Shown here: positions 1 through 11,255 of the stretch, piece after piece
How positions within the stretch are numbered: position 1 is the first letter of the stretch
Layout: every line of letters begins with the position of its first letter
DNA from: Hyphochytrium catenoides
Lineage: Eukaryota > Protista > Hyphochytriomycota
Direction of reading: 5' to 3'
DNA: 64,000 bases
Assembly: GCA_900088475.1 (NCBI GenBank)
Contig: FLMG01001771.1
Coordinates: 1-64,000, forward strand
Notes under the pieces: model-generated
The model's input: the letters and a program-made list of their open reading frames with translations, nothing else
What the model was told of the DNA's origin: nothing
Database searches by the model: none
Program-made: the position numbers and the translations under genes

Positions 1-1
1 A

Positions 2-397
2 GCGCCAACGCCATGGGTCACCACCAAGCCACCACCAGCGCCAACTCCATGGGTCACCACCAAGCCACCAGCAGCGCCAACGCCATGGGTCACCACCAAG
101 CCACCACCAGCGCCAACGCCATGGGTTACTACTAAGCCACCACCAGCGCCAACGCCATGGGTTATTACTAAGCCACCACCAGCGCCAACGCCATGGGTTA
201 CTACTAAGCCACCACCAGCGCCAACACCATGGGTCACCACTCAGCCACCTCCGGCACCAACCCCATGGGTAACAACTAAGCCACCACCAGCGCCAACGTC
301 ATGGGTCACCACTCAGCCACCTCCGGCACCAACCCCATGGGTAACAACTAAGCCACCTCCAGCGCCAACTCCTTGGACGACCACTAAACCGCCTCCA
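2..397 (+). repeat. 36-bp coding tandem repeat, about 11 copies, with a higher-order 72-bp unit (copies 7-8 resemble copies 9-10)
   Basis: Unit gcgccaacgccatgggtcaccaccaagccaccacca read directly; period 36. Confidence 0.95.
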
Positions 398-436
398 AGC
401 CCTACCCCTGAACCCTGGAAGTCGTTCAGAAGTTAG
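2..436 (+). CDS. C-terminal end (5'-partial) of a Pro/Thr-rich tandem-repeat protein, (APTPWVTTKPPP)n; mucin/extensin-like, possibly surface or wall
   Basis: Frame starting at nt 2 is open through 11 repeat units and ends ...SPTPEPWKSFRS-TAG (434-436). Differences between units fall mostly at third codon positions (gtc/gtt/gta, acc/act/aca, gcg/gca), which fixes this reading frame. Confidence 0.8.
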   Translation, partial: APTPWVTTKPPPAPTPWVTTKPPAAPTPWVTTKPPPAPTPWVTTKPPPAPTPWVITKPPPAPTPWVTTKPPPAPTPWVTTQPPPAPTPWVTTKPPPAPTSWVTTQPPPAPTPWVTTKPPPAPTPWTTTKPPPSPTPEPWKSFRS

Positions 437-3003
437 ACATGCATTATTAGTTGTAGAGACATAGCAGTTAAGCAAGAATAGAGTTACCTTCATGTTTCGT
501 TGGACCTGCTTATGACCTAATGGCGCTCCTTTGCTTTAGCGCCCCGGACAGCGTCAGCATAAATCTGACAGCCATTAGTAACTCTAACTGACGTGATTGA
601 TGTTGTTGCTTGGAAAAGAGGACCTTGTTGAGAGCTTTCTCTTTGTAAGTTCACTACTACCAACAGGGGTAAAGCTGCTAGAATGCCAGCAAGCCTTTGC
701 CTGGTTGTCTAGCTCATTTGCACGTTGTTACATAACAAACCCCTAACTTGCCAGAAGCAAGAAACACAGCAGCTCAACAACAAGGGAGTGGAGAGTGACG
801 GCAGGAGGAAGAGAGAGTCGAATATTGATAGTGATGCTGGTGCGCTGCTGAAGAGCAACCAGTACTGCTCTGCACCTCCGTCCACTCAACTTGTTGATAC
901 CCAAACACATTATTTGATCTCTGCTCTCCCTCCCTCCCTCTGTGCGTAGCAGCGTTGCGTTCTGAAAATAATAGTGAAAGGAAGGACAAGCGGTGGGGCT
1001 GGTGGTTAAAATAATTGAGAGCTCTCCGGTGGGCGGGATGAGAAGTTGGTGCAAAGATCAACAACCTCCCTCAGAGCAGTGTCATCAAGAAACCCATCAA
1101 TTCTTCTCTGAGTAAGAATAGGTATAAGAAGAAGAAATCAGCTTGCCGCAGGTTCCAGACACAATGTTAACAAGAAGAAAACGGCATCCCTGCCTCCGAG
1201 CATTACTGTCGTCTTTGCTATTCCTTCTGACGATAAGAGTTTTTGCGGCGAAAGGCCCATATAAACTTTCTTTTCATGTCAGGTACCTGTGGTCTCCGGT
1301 GGTCCTCTCACATCATGGCCGGCTAAGTGTGGTGCCCGTAGTGCTCTATCCACGTGACTAGGGCTCATAAACACGGTCCTGATGGCCAAGAAGAATGATG
1401 GAAGCGCCTCGCTGCTGTCGGTCTTTCACCCACAATATACTGACAAGACTTAGTACTGCAAAACGGTATTGCTCTAAACCTAGGCATAAGGCCGTCTTAG
1501 ATCGCACTCTGTCATTGGTAGACAACTAGTAGTGCCAGAAAAGGGCCACCCTATGACCAGGATAATCTTTGGCGGTGTCATTGGGCTTACCACTCACGGC
1601 AGACAGAGACTGTAGGTTGAGATCGGTCGATTATAGGGTGAGGCGAGAAAGGTAGCGACCTCTGGTAGCGCGCGCGAGAAGACAGTGACGAGCTGTAAAG
1701 AAGCGGATCCGATGGGACCTATCCTCTCACTATCAAGTAGTAGACAGCCAATGCTAGACCTATGATATAATCATAGTGGCCGATGGGTGAGGGGAGGGAA
1801 AACACGACGAACTTGCTGTCTCCTAGTTAAATCACCACCCACGCTCATCGCTTGTAAGCTTTGTGATCCTTCTTCGGCCTCTTTACTAGTTTTCGCCAAA
1901 TCCTCCGCCACCCGGGATTCTACGACTTGTTCTCTGTTGTCTTCTTGGGCTCCTTCTCCCTTTCTTGCTCCATCCTGACCCCTCAATTTTTACCATGGAC
2001 CGGCCCTGCACCTCCTCGGCTCGCCCAATCTTTGGTATCGCTGTATGTAAGAAGGGCGTCACTTTGAACGACTCTCTTCCTTCTTTTGGGGATCTCCTAT
2101 TCTTTTTTTAACTCTGTCTCCTCATTACAGTCAGATACCCCTGTGGTCCATCAGGAACAGGCTTGTTGCCCGCGGTCATTAGTAGAAGACTGAAGCAGGT
2201 CAGTGTCTCAATCTACTTACTTCATTTGTTTCCTCGTAAGCAGTAAGGTTACGGCAGGTCTCGCTAAGGTCGTGACGACAGCTTTTTCTCCAAATGGATA
2301 CGGAAGGGGACTTTTTCTAGAAATCTTCTCTGTCCCTGCTGCCATTCCTCCTCCTTTTCTTTTTCATTGTCACTCCGGCGAAGCTGCTTTTTGTACGATA
2401 TTGTCTGAGGCTCCCCACGGGGTTTTCTCTACTCATCGTTCCGGTGATCTCTCCACGCCAGGGTCCATAGATCCCTAGGAATATCTAGCAAATGACAGGA
2501 ATGGCACCAGAGACCCATTAGCTATCGTCTTCCTTTCCCTTTATATAAGAAAGAGCGAGCTCCTCATCGATAGGACCTGGGGACAACAGATTCCATGACA
2601 GGATTATCATTGTGTTTGGACTGACAGACGGAGGAGGCTGCTCCAGAAGAAGACTGGAGTAACTTGCCAATAATTCTACTGCGGAGGGCGGAGGTCCATA
2701 TATATCAACAATAAGACGAACTCTCCGCTAGTTGCCCTCAACTCTTGGGGTGGCAAAAGGAGCTTTGTTTGCTTCGAACAGTGGTCTGGGTCACGACAGA
2801 AGACCCACCACCCACTGTCAAGTACCCTGGCAGTGTAGACTAGTTCTCTTTTCAGCTCTCCAAGAAAGATGATGAGCTTACTCTTGTTAGAATACCTATC
2901 GGTCAAACCTTTCTTTTTCCGGCCAAAGCAGAGTTTCGCTCTGCCAGATGACGCAGTTAGCGTAACAAGGGGTGCTGGTAACTCCAGCAGCAAGTGGACG
3001 GTG

Positions 3004-5658
3004 ATGGAGACAGCTCGGGTACTAGCTCTGCACCCTCTTCCTACATCCTTCCATGAGGCAATGGACTTCCTTCATGATGGAGATGAGAAGCTTTTGTCTG
3101 GGAACTTTGCTTTAGCGAAGGTACGTTTGACGAACCACCTGCCACTCCCTCTCTACGACTACCTTATGGCACACTACCTACCACTCCATTTCCCCTCCTT
3201 GAATGATGGCTTGCTAAGACTAACCGCTTTTCCTTGACCCTTTTGTTGCTTGTCCTTCGCCTTACGCTCCAGCGTCTCTACTCCAACGGTATTCAGACTC
3301 TTTTGGATGGCGAAAGCTTGCCTTGTCAACTGTTGCGGCTCGACCTTCTAAAGCGACGGGCGGTGACACACAGAGAACTCCAGGACCCAAGACTATGTTC
3401 CCGAAACCTAATGTAAAATACTCTTCCTCTGCCGCCCTACTTCCCACCTCTTCCCTCATTCCTCTATGGCAAGAGGCACCGGTCGTAATCACCTCCCGGG
3501 TCCATTCTTCAGTTGATTGCGAATGTTGATCTGTTTATCTCTTTGTCCCGTCGCCGACTCCGTTTTGCTTTTATCAAGTAGTTCTCCCTAGCGCTAGCCG
3601 AGCTGTCAGGGATCAGCCTTTCCCCTTAGCTCTGCTTTACTCCTAAATATGCGTCCCGCACTTATTACCTCAGGGCAGCAATAGATCTAGCCTGTATTAT
3701 GCGGGAGCTAAGGACCGTTAAGATTACGGCAGAGTTCGTAGATGAGCTCCGAGTGGAGCATCTAGAGGTCTATATCTTCTCCTCTTTTTGTTTTCTTCCT
3801 TTATTCCTACGTCGTCGTGTTGTTACTCGTTGAGGTGCTCTCCTTTCTTTCCATGACTTGCATCGTGACTCTCTATCACTGCTGTAGGATTAACCTTTGC
3901 TTGCCCTTCACTCCCCTAACGATACCCAGACTTTTTTACAGATGTCTGAGCACCGGGAAGCCGTCAAGCAAGCAGTGTTCATCGAGACCGTTACGTTTGG
4001 TAACAAAGCGAGGTAGGTCACCAATGAAACTCTCCTACACTGTCGTAAGCGTCAAACCAGCAGAGGAGAGAGCTTCTTTGCAATGATGTTAATCTCGTAT
4101 GTATTCCTTTAGCCATCTTCTCGTCGATCTCACCTCAAACTCTCCAGAGATGCGTTTGACCACAAGTATAGACAGTTGAAAGTTGAAGGGAAAAGACTCT
4201 ATGATAAAGGTACCGCCTGCTGGCTGTGCGCCTATGTGCTGTCTCTCGCGCTAGCGAAGTCTCTCGCTCTCTCAATTCGTCTCCTTCTAAGGTACACTTT
4301 TCTCCGTTTGTGAAGGAAACTACCCGGCAGCCCTTTTCATTCATATGGAGATCGTGCAACTGGTGGAGTCAGTACACAGTCTAAGTGCCTCACTTTGGCC
4401 AGATGGTGCAAATGCCTACGTAATCCCGTATATTCCCTGCCATCTTACACTCTTATTGGTATTATGTCGAATTACATTGCGCTGCATTATGCCACGCAAT
4501 CCGCCTACTGCAGATCTTGTGGCCCTCGCCTACGCGGAAAGGGGGGCATGCCATGAGAAGGTAGGGATGACCACCTAACCACCCTAACACAACCCTCCAA
4601 ATCGATTAAGCGTCTTGATCAGCTTAGGGATTACGGAGCAGCGATTATGGATTGCAAGACAGCGGTGGACATTCAGCCTTCCTGCGAGGAGGCTTGGGAG
4701 ACTTTATCCAACTGTCTCGTAGCGCGTAAGGTGAGTACGAGCAAAGCATGCCTATGCCGTAAGGTAGATCCCCGCAGAATCTGCATGGGCTGACGTTGAC
4801 GTGAGAGCTAGTAAATAGTTTAGGCAGAGGAAGGCGAGTATATCAAGCCAAACAGAGAGGCGTCTGAAGTAGGAGAGGAAGCACAGACAGCTCTCAAAGA
4901 CTGGGACACTAATTCATCCTTCTTCATTATTGTCCTCAGGAATACCTGGAGGCGGTAGAAGCGCTGATGCAGGCGACGGAACTGTTCCCATCTAACCGAG
5001 GCCTCAAGGGTGAGCTCCAGCGAGTCATTGGCCTGTACTGCCACTACGTGGAGTGTACCTTTAAGGACCATAAAGCGAATCCTACATTGAGGCGGGCTAG
5101 CTCCTACCCTGGCGCCGCTGTACCTCCAACTCCTGCACCAATTGGTAGCTCTTTCTCCAAGTGCTGTCGGTCTTCTTCAAAAATTGAAGACCTCAGAGCG
5201 TCTAGCAGCCAGAGTCCTTCTGCAGGAGCTACAGAAGACAAATTTCCTGTCATAGATGTGGACCGAGGTAAGATGGCCGAATCTCTGTCAGCCGGAGAAG
5301 AAGGGGCATCGCTGAACGCAAACCTCTAGCCCAGACAGAGCTGCATGACAGCAAAAGGAAGCAGAAGGAATCTTTAAACTATTTCCGGCCCCAAAGAGTC
5401 CATGGAGAGCTCAATAGGGCGCCGCTTGATGCTAGCCTTGCACCTAGACCCGAGGCTATCCGTAAACCCGTGGATGCTAGCCTTGCACCTAGACCCAAGG
5501 CTATCCGTAAATCCGTGGAGGGACATCCATTGAAGAGCATGAGTGCAGGAAAGAGAAGAAGTGAGCTGGATGACCATACGACAGCGGACTTGCCAAAGAA
5601 GCGAGCTACAGCTTCTGCACTGAAGTTTACCACAGCAGCTCCACGCAAGGCCGCTTGA
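3004..5658 (+). CDS. TPR-repeat protein, about 461 aa, 10 exons, disordered C-terminal tail; 5' end uncertain
   Basis: Phase-consistent GT-AG exons 3004-3120, 3273-3412, 3674-3767, 3942-4012, 4148-4209, 4316-4405, 4514-4560, 4623-4730, 4940-5267, 5330-5658 give TPR motifs LKVEGKRLYDKGNYPAALF, LAYAERGACHEKLRDYGAAIMDCKTAVDIQPS and EAWETLSNCLVARKEYLEAVEALMQATELFPSN. Confidence 0.7.
5428..5517 (+). repeat. 45-bp in-frame tandem duplication (DASLAPRP[E/K]AIRK[P/S]V x2) in the TPR gene tail
   Basis: Two adjacent copies differing by two transitions. Confidence 0.9.
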
Positions 5659-6256
5659 TGATGAGGCTGCTCCAAGGGCGACGTTGCGGCGGACCACTTC
5701 CGCGCCAACGTGTGTGGAGATCTGACAAGGACAGGGACAAGCGACAATTGTGATGTTCGACGGGCATCGTTATTTAGCCCAAGCTAGACTGCGGGCTGGG
5801 CAGCGTTTGATGACCGATCAGCAGATGAAGACTCTAGTCTGATAGATTCTAGATCCTATTATGTGTAATTCTTTACATGTCGCATAAATGAAGCTTAGAT
5901 TCCGAATATCATGTCAGAAGCCCACCATACAATCAACCTTCGTTGGCTTTCAGAAGCTCAGAAGCTCGCTTTCTAGAGAAAGTGGAGGAGTCCCGCCCCT
6001 TTCTCTGCTAAGTAATTCATAGAGTTGTGTCTCCCACATTACTTTCTATGGCCACGTGGACGCAATAAGCTTCATCTGCAAAGCTCTATCTGCGCTGGGG
6101 ACACGCCGACAGTCTCTATGGGACCACTAAGAATGACTAGTGGACTCTATTGACAATTGGATCGGGTAGGGTGAGACTTTAGTTGCTGCACCTCTCCCTT
6201 GCAGGAGGTGATGAATGTCGACAGACTTTTATAGACCGCGCTAGATCGACTGCATT

Positions 6257-8935
6257 ATGCAGGTAGCCACCAGGAGAGTGTTCCTGCTCACACAATGCCG
6301 CAGACTTCCTTTAAAGCGGATGCGGCCAGCTTGGGGGCGTGTTCCTAGTCTGTCGCAGCTTCGCTTTGCATCGAGCTCTCAAGACGAAGAACAGCCTGCT
6401 CCTCTCGCAGATCCTCGAAATTCTTCTACATCCCCCTCTCGCGCTGTTTCCGGCTCGTCTAAGCCAGCCAGTGCCCAGCAGAGTTTTCAGCAGCCAAATT
6501 CCCGGACCGTTGCGAGGGACAGTCCTAACAAGCAGGCAGTCTTCTCGTCACATACCGCACTTTCTGCTCAACTACGTCGCGGTAACGCAGACAAAGTCCT
6601 GGCTGCACTTCAGCCCTTGGAAGCCGATGGGCAAAGCCTATCGCCAGAGCTCTCAGCGCTACTTTCAGGTGCGTACGCTGCCACTGGTGAGCTGGAAAAG
6701 AGCAGACAATGGTTAGAACGATCGTTAGCATGCCCACCATCCGAGCTGGAGGATGCATTCCGACGATTGTGTGACATGCACATTGGCAAGAAGGATTTCC
6801 GCGGCTTGTACGCATTGCTGGATCGTAAGAGTGTGGCAAGCTTCATTACTGAGGAACTGCTACTCAAAGTTCTATACAATGCCGCCAAAGGAGCTCGGAC
6901 TGTAAAGGACTTCTGCTTCAATGTGGACGTGGACGCTCTTTGGCGCAAATACTCGTTTGAGCCTCATGAAAAGATGTATTTTCCTCTCTTCTACCTCTAC
7001 GTTCGTCTAGGACTGTTGGACAAAATCGTCGGGATCAAGAATAGACTGGCTCTGAAAGGCCTTTCTATGGGGACAAACTGCTGCTCCGCTATCATTATCG
7101 CCCTTTGTCAGCAAATGAAAGTTAAGGAAGCTGAGAAGTGGCTGGAATTCATGAAAAGGTCAGACATTGAGAGAGATGTGCGACTTTATGGTGCTCTTAT
7201 CAGCGCCACATCGAGAGAGAAAAATTGGAAAAGGGCTGAGTATTGGTTCGAGAAGATGAAGGAAGATGGCTTTGAAGAGAGCGCCGCCTCCCTCGGCGTT
7301 ATGGTCATCGCAGCGCGGAGGGCCAAACAGCTCACGAAGGCCGAAGAATATTTTGCCCGCATTCATGAGCTGGGTTTGAAGCCTGACAAAGAGGCGATCT
7401 CTGCTATGATTCACGCGCTTGTGGAGGCTAGACAGCTCGAGAGAGCGGTTAAACTTCTGGAGGAATCCGAGAGGGATGGGCTAGTCACCGACACTTGGCA
7501 CTATAACACGATTGTTGCGGGTTGCGCCCGATGGGGTCTGATGGGACTTGCTCAACAACTGCTGGATAGAATGAGGCAGCAGGGGTAAGGCCACTCTCCT
7601 TTTGCTATACATGCGGCAGTCTGAACCTATAGGCCAATTTGAAATAGGCCCTCCATATAGCTCGTGCTCGATCTCCCTAAGACTCTCCATTCTTCTGTTT
7701 GTCTCCTTCGTTGTTTCTTCATGGACTCGCCCATCTATCTTCATTTCTCTGCCTGCTTCTTCCTCTTTCAAAATCGCTGCCGGATTTGCCATTTGGTCCT
7801 GCCCTCTACTCCGAGAATGTGGAGGTTTCCCAGCATTCCATTCCTGTCTCTTCGTTCTTCGTGAGAGCTGACCCTTTTTCCTGCCTGCAGAGTACGCACC
7901 GATGTTTCGACCTACACTCCTGTCATCAACTACTTTGCCAAGAGAGGAAAAATGGACGGCGCTCGTCAGGTTTACGACCAAATGCTGCTCAGCGACATTA
8001 GGCCAACCATTGCAACGATGCAGATACTGCTAGATGGCTTCTCTAAGGTCCTCGACCTGGATGGCATGAACTGGGCATTCAAGGAGATGTACAGGCAAGG
8101 GCTGGAGCCGGACAAGCTCCTTTACCTCTCGCTGGTCAGCTCCTTTATCCGGGTTGGCGCTTCTGAGTCCGCTGCCGAGATCCTGCGACATATGGAAAGC
8201 AGTTCTATAGACTGGGACGCCGAAAGCATCAGCCTAGTGATGAAGACCTGCGCAAGTCATACTCCTTCAGGATCTGACGTTATAGATTACCTAGTGAGGT
8301 ACACGGAGAAGAACGGGATACCCCTTACCGAGCCTATGTATGTGGAGATTATCAGGAGCTATGTTGCCCAAAGAAGGTTGACACTGGCAAGGGAATACTT
8401 CGACCGGATGAGAGACGTCTTCCCAAAGATCCGGCTAGATGTAGTCAACGAGTTGGTAAAAGGCTATCGCCTGAAAGGGCAACTACGGGAGGCGGTGGAA
8501 CTGATTGAGCTCCTGCTAAGTCAGGACAGGAGTCCCAACGCCGCCACCTTTTCATTGTTAGCAGGACATCCTTTTTTCGAGACAGCAACCAAAAAGGCCA
8601 AGCGCAACTATCTGGTGCAAAGTGTTCTTAGCAGGATGAAAGAGCATGAAATAGAAGTGTCTCCCATCATGGCAGAGGGCATAGTGGGGTGGTTATGCGC
8701 CGGTAACCAATGCAGTTTCGCCGCCAGTGTTTTGAAGTCGCTGTGTCAGGAACAGGGGCTCAAGCCAACGGCCCGAAGCTATGAAATGGTGGCCAAATGC
8801 TATGAGGAACTAGGACGGGTTTCTATGGGGAGAAAATTCCGTGACCAGATTACGAGTATGGACGATAAGGGCTGTGTAAACGGCGAGGCGAAGGGAGAGA
8901 CGAAAGCGACTTCAGTCTCTAGTATTGACACTTAA
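6257..8935 (+). CDS. P-type pentatricopeptide repeat protein, probably mitochondrial; 2 exons (intron 7585-7890)
   Basis: Tandem 35-aa PPR motifs (YNTIVAGCARWGLMGLAQQLLDRMRQQGVRTD; YTPVINYFAKRGKMDGARQVYDQMLLSDIRPT) join in frame across the GT-AG intron. Arg-rich, acid-free N-terminus resembles a mitochondrial presequence. Confidence 0.9.
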
Positions 8936-9049
8936 TCAATTAATGCTAACGTTGTATAAATAGTGGCGGGATGTAAGTGACCTGGACTTGCCACAAGAGC
9001 TAAGGAGGTATTGATCTGATTGGCACTGCAAAAGGCGGTACTGTTGAGC

Positions 9050-9670
9050 TCAGGTCATCTGTGAAGGTTTGATGGCCTTCTGTATCGTCTGGCGACACAA
9101 CGGGCACTTCTTGCTGGTAGTTCCGATTCTGGTAAGACAAAGCTCACAGAGACAAAAGTGGCCACAAGGCACCAGAATCAGAGCTTTGGCTCTTTCCAAG
9201 CAGACCACGCAGTCTGGCTCCTCCGCATTGTTGTAGATCTTCACGGAGGCCGTGCTCTCCAGCTCAGATGCTTTACGCTTACGAGATCTGGTCACTGGGC
9301 CCCTACAAACCGCTTCATCCTCAGTTCTGTTCAACATGGCTCTGGTAGTTGCTTCCTCAACGATAGGTATTCCAAAGGCATGTCCTACTGGCATTCCCCT
9401 GTTCAGCTCCTCGTCAGCCGGCGCTTCATCCTCTATGGTGATTGGGTCACGCACCCTATAGAAATATGTTCCGCCACGGCTGGAGGATAATCTGACCGAC
9501 TCGGGAGGTACGCTGAAGATACGGTCTTCACGTCTGATGGAGCGAGGAAATTGGCAATTGGCGTCGTGATAGTACCCTGCTGATATGATGCGAACACGAA
9601 GGCGGCCCTCTTCAGCGACACAACGCAGGTAAACGCGACCGCGCTCTTCAGTCTGTTCGTCTTCTTCCAT
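9050..9670 (-). CDS. Intronless C3HC4 RING (zf-C3HC4_3-type) E3 ligase with an uncharacterised N-terminal domain
   Basis: C-terminal CVVC..PCGHFCLCELC..CPLCR; N-terminal VYLRCVAEEGRLRVRIISAGYYHDANCQFPRSIRRE...GGTYFYRV; first ATG at 9670. Confidence 0.85.
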   Translation of the reverse strand: MEEDEQTEERGRVYLRCVAEEGRLRVRIISAGYYHDANCQFPRSIRREDRIFSVPPESVRLSSSRGGTYFYRVRDPITIEDEAPADEELNRGMPVGHAFGIPIVEEATTRAMLNRTEDEAVCRGPVTRSRKRKASELESTASVKIYNNAEEPDCVVCLERAKALILVPCGHFCLCELCLTRIGTTSKKCPLCRQTIQKAIKPSQMT

Positions 9671-11255
9671 GATAAAAGCAACTGATGAAAGCTGATGCAC
9701 CGAGAGAAGTACTACTAGCCCGCAGGTAGAGACTATGAAGGGTACTCAGGCATAGCGGTCTGCTGATGTCCCATAGCTCTTGCTTTCCACCTATCTTACG
9801 GTCCCTACAAAACTTGGCTCACATCGGTGAGGTTTCTGGTATATCCTTTGGCCTTAATGCTCGGACGAAGGGGCGAAATCATGAACTGCGTCAGTCTACA
9901 CTTCCTTTCAATAGTAAGAAACCTACATGCGTACTTTTGTCTTCTTGCACGACAAGGGCAGGCCAATACGACCTCTACCCTCGAGCCTTATTGCATGCTT
10001 TTCATTAATTCAAGCTCCACAGAAAGAGCGGACAACGCCAAGAACAGTCTTCCCATCATCTCATCACTTGCCCAATGCGCTAGGAAGCAATAGATCTGTG
10101 AGAAAGCCCAGATCTGCACTCGAAATCTTCCAGACCTTCAGATAATAGAACCTACAGTTTCAGAGCTCCCCCGCGAGTGGGATACATCTAGCACATGCTA
10201 AACAGACAGTCTACGGTACGCGTACCATGAGATCTCCGTATCATCTGTCATCTGGGAATACGGGACCATCAGAAAATCGCTAAAAATCTTAGGCTGATTT
10301 TGGCCCGTCGCAGACAAGCAGAACACTAGATTAACGCGACGATTAGAGGTAGCGACTCTTCCATGGTCATATTTGCTAACTCTCCTAAATTGGGCCATAA
10401 CTATGGCCTTATGTAGAGCCTTTCTTTCGTTTACCTTCCAAAGAAAATGCGATAATCTTATGACCCAATCATAGGACGATGAAGTCGCGGCGCAGTTCAC
10501 TGTATTCTAGATATGAATCACTATTGGTCCATTTTACCCATGCCATTGAAGTTTCTATTACGAATAGCTCTGCCAACCCTGTTCAGAAAGCTCTTAGGGT
10601 CGCCACAATTGATCAGAGAGCAACTTCAACAGTGGAGTGTTGAGCAACCAGAGAAGAGAAAGAGCTAGAAAGAGATAGGTTCGACAGCTTACATGATGGA
10701 AGTAAAGCCGGAGACAGAGTAAGAAGAGGTAGTGGAGCGGATGAGTTCCCCAAAGGGCAAGAACAGGAAACAGTTGAGGAAACATGAAGAGAGCAAGTTA
10801 GCGCCGCTCGACTCAACGCGAGCTGTGTCTCTGGTCCCTGGTTGAGTCGAGCAACGCTGACTTCACTTTTTGAAGGAAGAACTTCATGACTCTTTCGAAC
10901 GCCTATCGCCAAGGCTGATGATTTGATTAGTGAGAGCAAGAAGTCTACCGGAGACCATAAGTCGTGAGTCTGGCGAATGAATCCGTTGAGCTAGAGATTG
11001 GTCATTTCTTCGTTACACATTTATGTTGTCCATGCTCCCGGAAGTGGCATCATAAGTTCTCTATGACATCAGCGCATGCCAACATGAAGCATAAGCAATA
11101 GGAGCTCGATATAGGGTACTGTTCCCGGATACTGCCTTCCAAAGAGTCTAATCTCTTGCGTGCCAAGAGCTGGTTGTTGTCGGCGTCAATCACTAGATCC
11201 AAGCTTCTGAAGAGTGTTCCTTTCTTTAGCCGTGGGGCATAGAGACGGAAAGAGT

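Noticed and set aside
2-397. Regular 36-bp repeat as a CRISPR array
   Set aside because: Head-to-tail units without unique spacers, codon-position-biased variation, eukaryotic context and no cas genes.
560-1060. Minus-strand fragments resembling a Ulp1 protease (YWLLF..SIFDSL) or a C-x-G zinc knuckle (CLGINKLSGRRC)
   Set aside because: Short motifs in different frames with stops, and no catalytic context.
450-2900. RIP-like CpA to TpA hypermutation suggested by frequent CTAG/TAG
   Set aside because: The apparent pseudogene stops nearby turned out to be intronic, and repeat variants include non-RIP changes. TpA/ApT and (CpA+TpG)/(ApC+GpT) indices on aligned repeat families would be needed.
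9750-11100. Possible decayed gene (Crinkler-like or other) between the RING and GH16 genes
   Set aside because: All frames have many stops; motif resemblances are too short and conflict between strands.
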